Shown here piece by piece: positions 61,969 to 64,000 of a stretch of DNA of 64,000 nucleotides. Position 1 is the stretch's first letter. Each line of letters opens with the position of its first letter. The notes under the pieces are model-generated. The model was not told the origin of the DNA and ran no database searches. It saw only the letters and a program-made list of their open reading frames with translations. Source of the DNA: a virus (lineage: Duplodnaviria; Heunggongvirae; Uroviricota; Caudoviricetes); IMG/VR virus record IMGVR_UViG_3300031787_000010, positions 9,429 through 73,428 of that record. One strand, 5' to 3'. The position numbers and the translations under genes are program-made.

Positions 61969-62004
61969 AACCCCATCTGGCACTTCCGCCAGGTGGGGTT
62001 TTTT
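61969..62004 (+). terminator. intrinsic terminator ending the early block
   Basis: AACCCCATCTGG/CCAGGTGGGGTT plus U-tract. Confidence 0.8.
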
Positions 62005-62009
62005 CTTGC

Positions 62010-62410
62010 CTGCCGGCGGCGTGATAAAACGCTACCCTCGAACGATGATAAAACATATTCCTATATAGTCATATGTGTATAGCCTTTCGTATGTATATCG
62101 TCATCGTTTGCGGGCACCCTTACTACCACACATGTATATAATCATCCTTCAGCCATTACACCAGCACGTATACATCACGCACCCCATATGTACCACGCCA
62201 CACCATACCACAACGATGATAAAACATAGCCCTCTCCGCCCCCACGTTCCCCACACGCCCCACGTTGTGTAGCGTGTGGGACGCCGTGTAACGTGGTGTG
62301 GCGTGTGGTGGGCCGGCACGAACAACGGCTCCCAGCGTGTGGAACGTTGGGAACCGCTCGTAGAAGGGGGCGCAGTCGAGCGCCTATAGGGCTAGGCGTC
62401 TCTCTAGGAA
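62010..62410. repeat. non-coding direct-repeat and palindrome cluster
   Basis: AACGATGATAAAACATA at 62041 and 62212 (partial copy at 62021); nested inverted repeats 62242-62400. Confidence 0.7.
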
Positions 62411-62417
62411 AAAGTGC

Positions 62418-62615
62418 TTACTCCGCGATGGGGAGGCTAGTGCCATCGAGGTTTTGACTATGGGTAAGCAAGCGTTCCGTCAGCTGTTGAACCTGCTCCG
62501 TCACATAGTCTAATGAGATTGTATGTGATGGGGTATCCGTAGGTTCATCATGGAAAAAGTCATAGAGATCCATGCCTTGCGCTTCTTGATATCGGAGTAG
62601 TGTGTGTTCATCCAT
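62418..62615 (-). CDS. hypothetical protein
   Basis: ORF. Confidence 0.45.
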   Translation of the reverse strand: MDEHTLLRYQEAQGMDLYDFFHDEPTDTPSHTISLDYVTEQVQQLTERLLTHSQNLDGTSLPIAE

Positions 62616-62640
62616 TCGTGGGGTCCATTAGGGTAAGGGG

Positions 62641-63300
62641 TCAATCGGGATTATAGAGGGCTTCCAATTCCTCGGGCGTGAGGGTGACATCGGAAGTCGG
62701 GAGATCGTCGGAGGGGTCAATCGCATCGGCCGGGATGGGGTCGGTATCATAGTGTCGAGTATATGGTGGGAGATCCGCACGGAGTGAACGTTCCATATAT
62801 CCCCTGTACACGACACTTGGTGCTCCAGTAGTGAGGAACATACAGTTATAACAGCGGAGTTCCAGGTTGTCCAGTTGCATATGACTACGGTTGCCATCCT
62901 TGAATGATAACATCAGGGGGACTTTTCCATCCGTAATGCGGCGTTCGTGGAATCCACAGAGTGCGCAGTGTTCTGATAGTTTCTGTCTGGCGATGAGTCT
63001 ATTCTTCAGTTTGCTGAGACTATAGGTAGGATGTTTGCCCGACAAGATATCACGGAGCGGGATACTGGTTGGCTTCTTGCCAAACCCTTTATCAATCCCG
63101 ACGCCCCGCACGTTCAAGTGCCCGGCGAACAACCCGTATAACTCCGCATATTGTTTATAGCGTTTATACGGGACATTGAGATACTTGGCGGCTTGGCTAT
63201 TACTCTTCGTGTGCCGTTGTGCTTCTTCGATTTCGGCACGGAGAATCGGTTTCGCAGGTGGGCGTCCACCGGTTGGGGCATTGGGATTCTTAATCGTCAT
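62641..63300 (-). CDS. HTH plus degenerate HNH-like protein
   Basis: KLKNRL...CALCG...LSFKDGN...NLELRCYNC. Confidence 0.65.
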   Translation of the reverse strand: MTIKNPNAPTGGRPPAKPILRAEIEEAQRHTKSNSQAAKYLNVPYKRYKQYAELYGLFAGHLNVRGVGIDKGFGKKPTSIPLRDILSGKHPTYSLSKLKNRLIARQKLSEHCALCGFHERRITDGKVPLMLSFKDGNRSHMQLDNLELRCYNCMFLTTGAPSVVYRGYMERSLRADLPPYTRHYDTDPIPADAIDPSDDLPTSDVTLTPEELEALYNPD

Positions 63301-63446
63301 AACTGGTTCTTTCCATAGGGTACGATCAAGCGGTATATGAGCAACACGCTTGAAATTCGTGGGGTCAAAAATTTTTTAAAAACGCCTGGTGAATATTGGT
63401 GTATACTTGTTTATATATGTATTAAGGTTGCCCGACAAAATACGAT

Positions 63447-63999
63447 CTAATAGTTGAGAGTTGAGGGTGAATGTAGATGTATCGGGATGTTGAGTTGTTC
63501 AAGATAGATTCGAAGGTACCCCGTTGGTTGGTGAAGGTTTTCAGCAACACGCACCGGCCAGTAACGACAAGCGTATTCAAATCGTGGATATAGTAGTGAA
63601 TATTCTCGTATCAAGTCAAACGAACCGACAGCGAGATGGTCATCAAAGTCTTGCTCTTGGTCATATCCAGCTCGAACATTTATCGCGTCTTCGACTATTG
63701 ATTCATACTCAATATGTCGTGGAACAATATCAGGTCTACCCATCATCACTATATCATAAGTAATATTATGGGTTCGTGCATATAGATTACACAAGTCAAA
63801 TACCTTCCATCGTTTATACCACATCGAAAGAAAAGCAATCATATGTTCACGATGCATCCCCTTCATACTTTCGACATATGGATCGTATGGAGTCGATAAT
63901 CGATAATAGGACCATAACGGTTGAATTTGTTCTGCAAACCTTTCATAAAATGTTGGGTAAAACGGTTCTATTTCTACGTCAATGAATCCTCTAGTCTTT
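63447..63999 (-). CDS. putative glycosyltransferase-like protein (paralog family of 45634), starts outside the window
   Basis: Frame is open to the window edge; SMWYK...YDIVMMGRPD...DD..A.GS. Confidence 0.55.
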   Translation of the reverse strand, partial: KTRGFIDVEIEPFYPTFYERFAEQIQPLWSYYRLSTPYDPYVESMKGMHREHMIAFLSMWYKRWKVFDLCNLYARTHNITYDIVMMGRPDIVPRHIEYESIVEDAINVRAGYDQEQDFDDHLAVGSFDLIREYSLLYPRFEYACRYWPVRVAENLHQPTGYLRIYLEQLNIPIHLHSPSTLNY

Positions 64000-64000
64000 A

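Noticed and set aside
62021-62228. CRISPR mini-array
   Set aside because: Repeat is only 17 nt, two full copies 171 nt apart, no cas genes
1-64000. Stop-codon reassignment
   Set aside because: Long genes are intact in code 11, TAG and TGA end genes normally, and there is no suppressor tRNA

Overview
Segment of a large, tailed (myovirus-like) bacteriophage genome in standard code 11 with Shine-Dalgarno sites; no CRISPR array, rRNA, integrase or transposase was seen. Layout: (i) 1-33.2 kb, minus strand: SbcD/Mre11-like nuclease (truncated by the window edge), primase, resolvase-like nuclease, a baseplate/tail module (gp6-like wedge, gp25, spike-like protein, Pro/Cys-rich appendage proteins), a gp55-like sigma factor, auxiliary genes (IMPDH/GMPR family, GT2, UvsE, Hsp20, HD hydrolase, HNH, GreA) and a tmRNA. 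(ii) 33.3-38.1 kb, plus strand: lysis-type cluster (membrane proteins, L,D-transpeptidase-like protein, GH19 endolysin). (iii) 38.1-48.9 kb: an RNA island of 30 tRNA genes interleaved with a type I hammerhead ribozyme that carries an unusual kissing-loop insert, several unassigned structured RNAs (one about 440 nt with its own promoter), atypical tRNAs (non-canonical Gly, Ser-ACU, Ile-UAU, Arg-UCG, long-arm Cys) and microproteins. (iv) 51.8-62 kb: visibly GC-richer, early-type genes behind sigma70 promoters, three of which share a palindromic upstream operator; this block holds second copies of tRNA-Glu(UUC) and tRNA-Lys(UUU) and ends in a repeat/palindrome-rich non-coding junction at about 62.0-62.4 kb. 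The strongest candidates for novel biology are the ribozyme/ncRNA-punctuated tRNA island and the early-region operator plus codon-split strategy. All protein family calls come from motif recognition by eye and all RNA structures from manual pairing; no database search or folding program was run.
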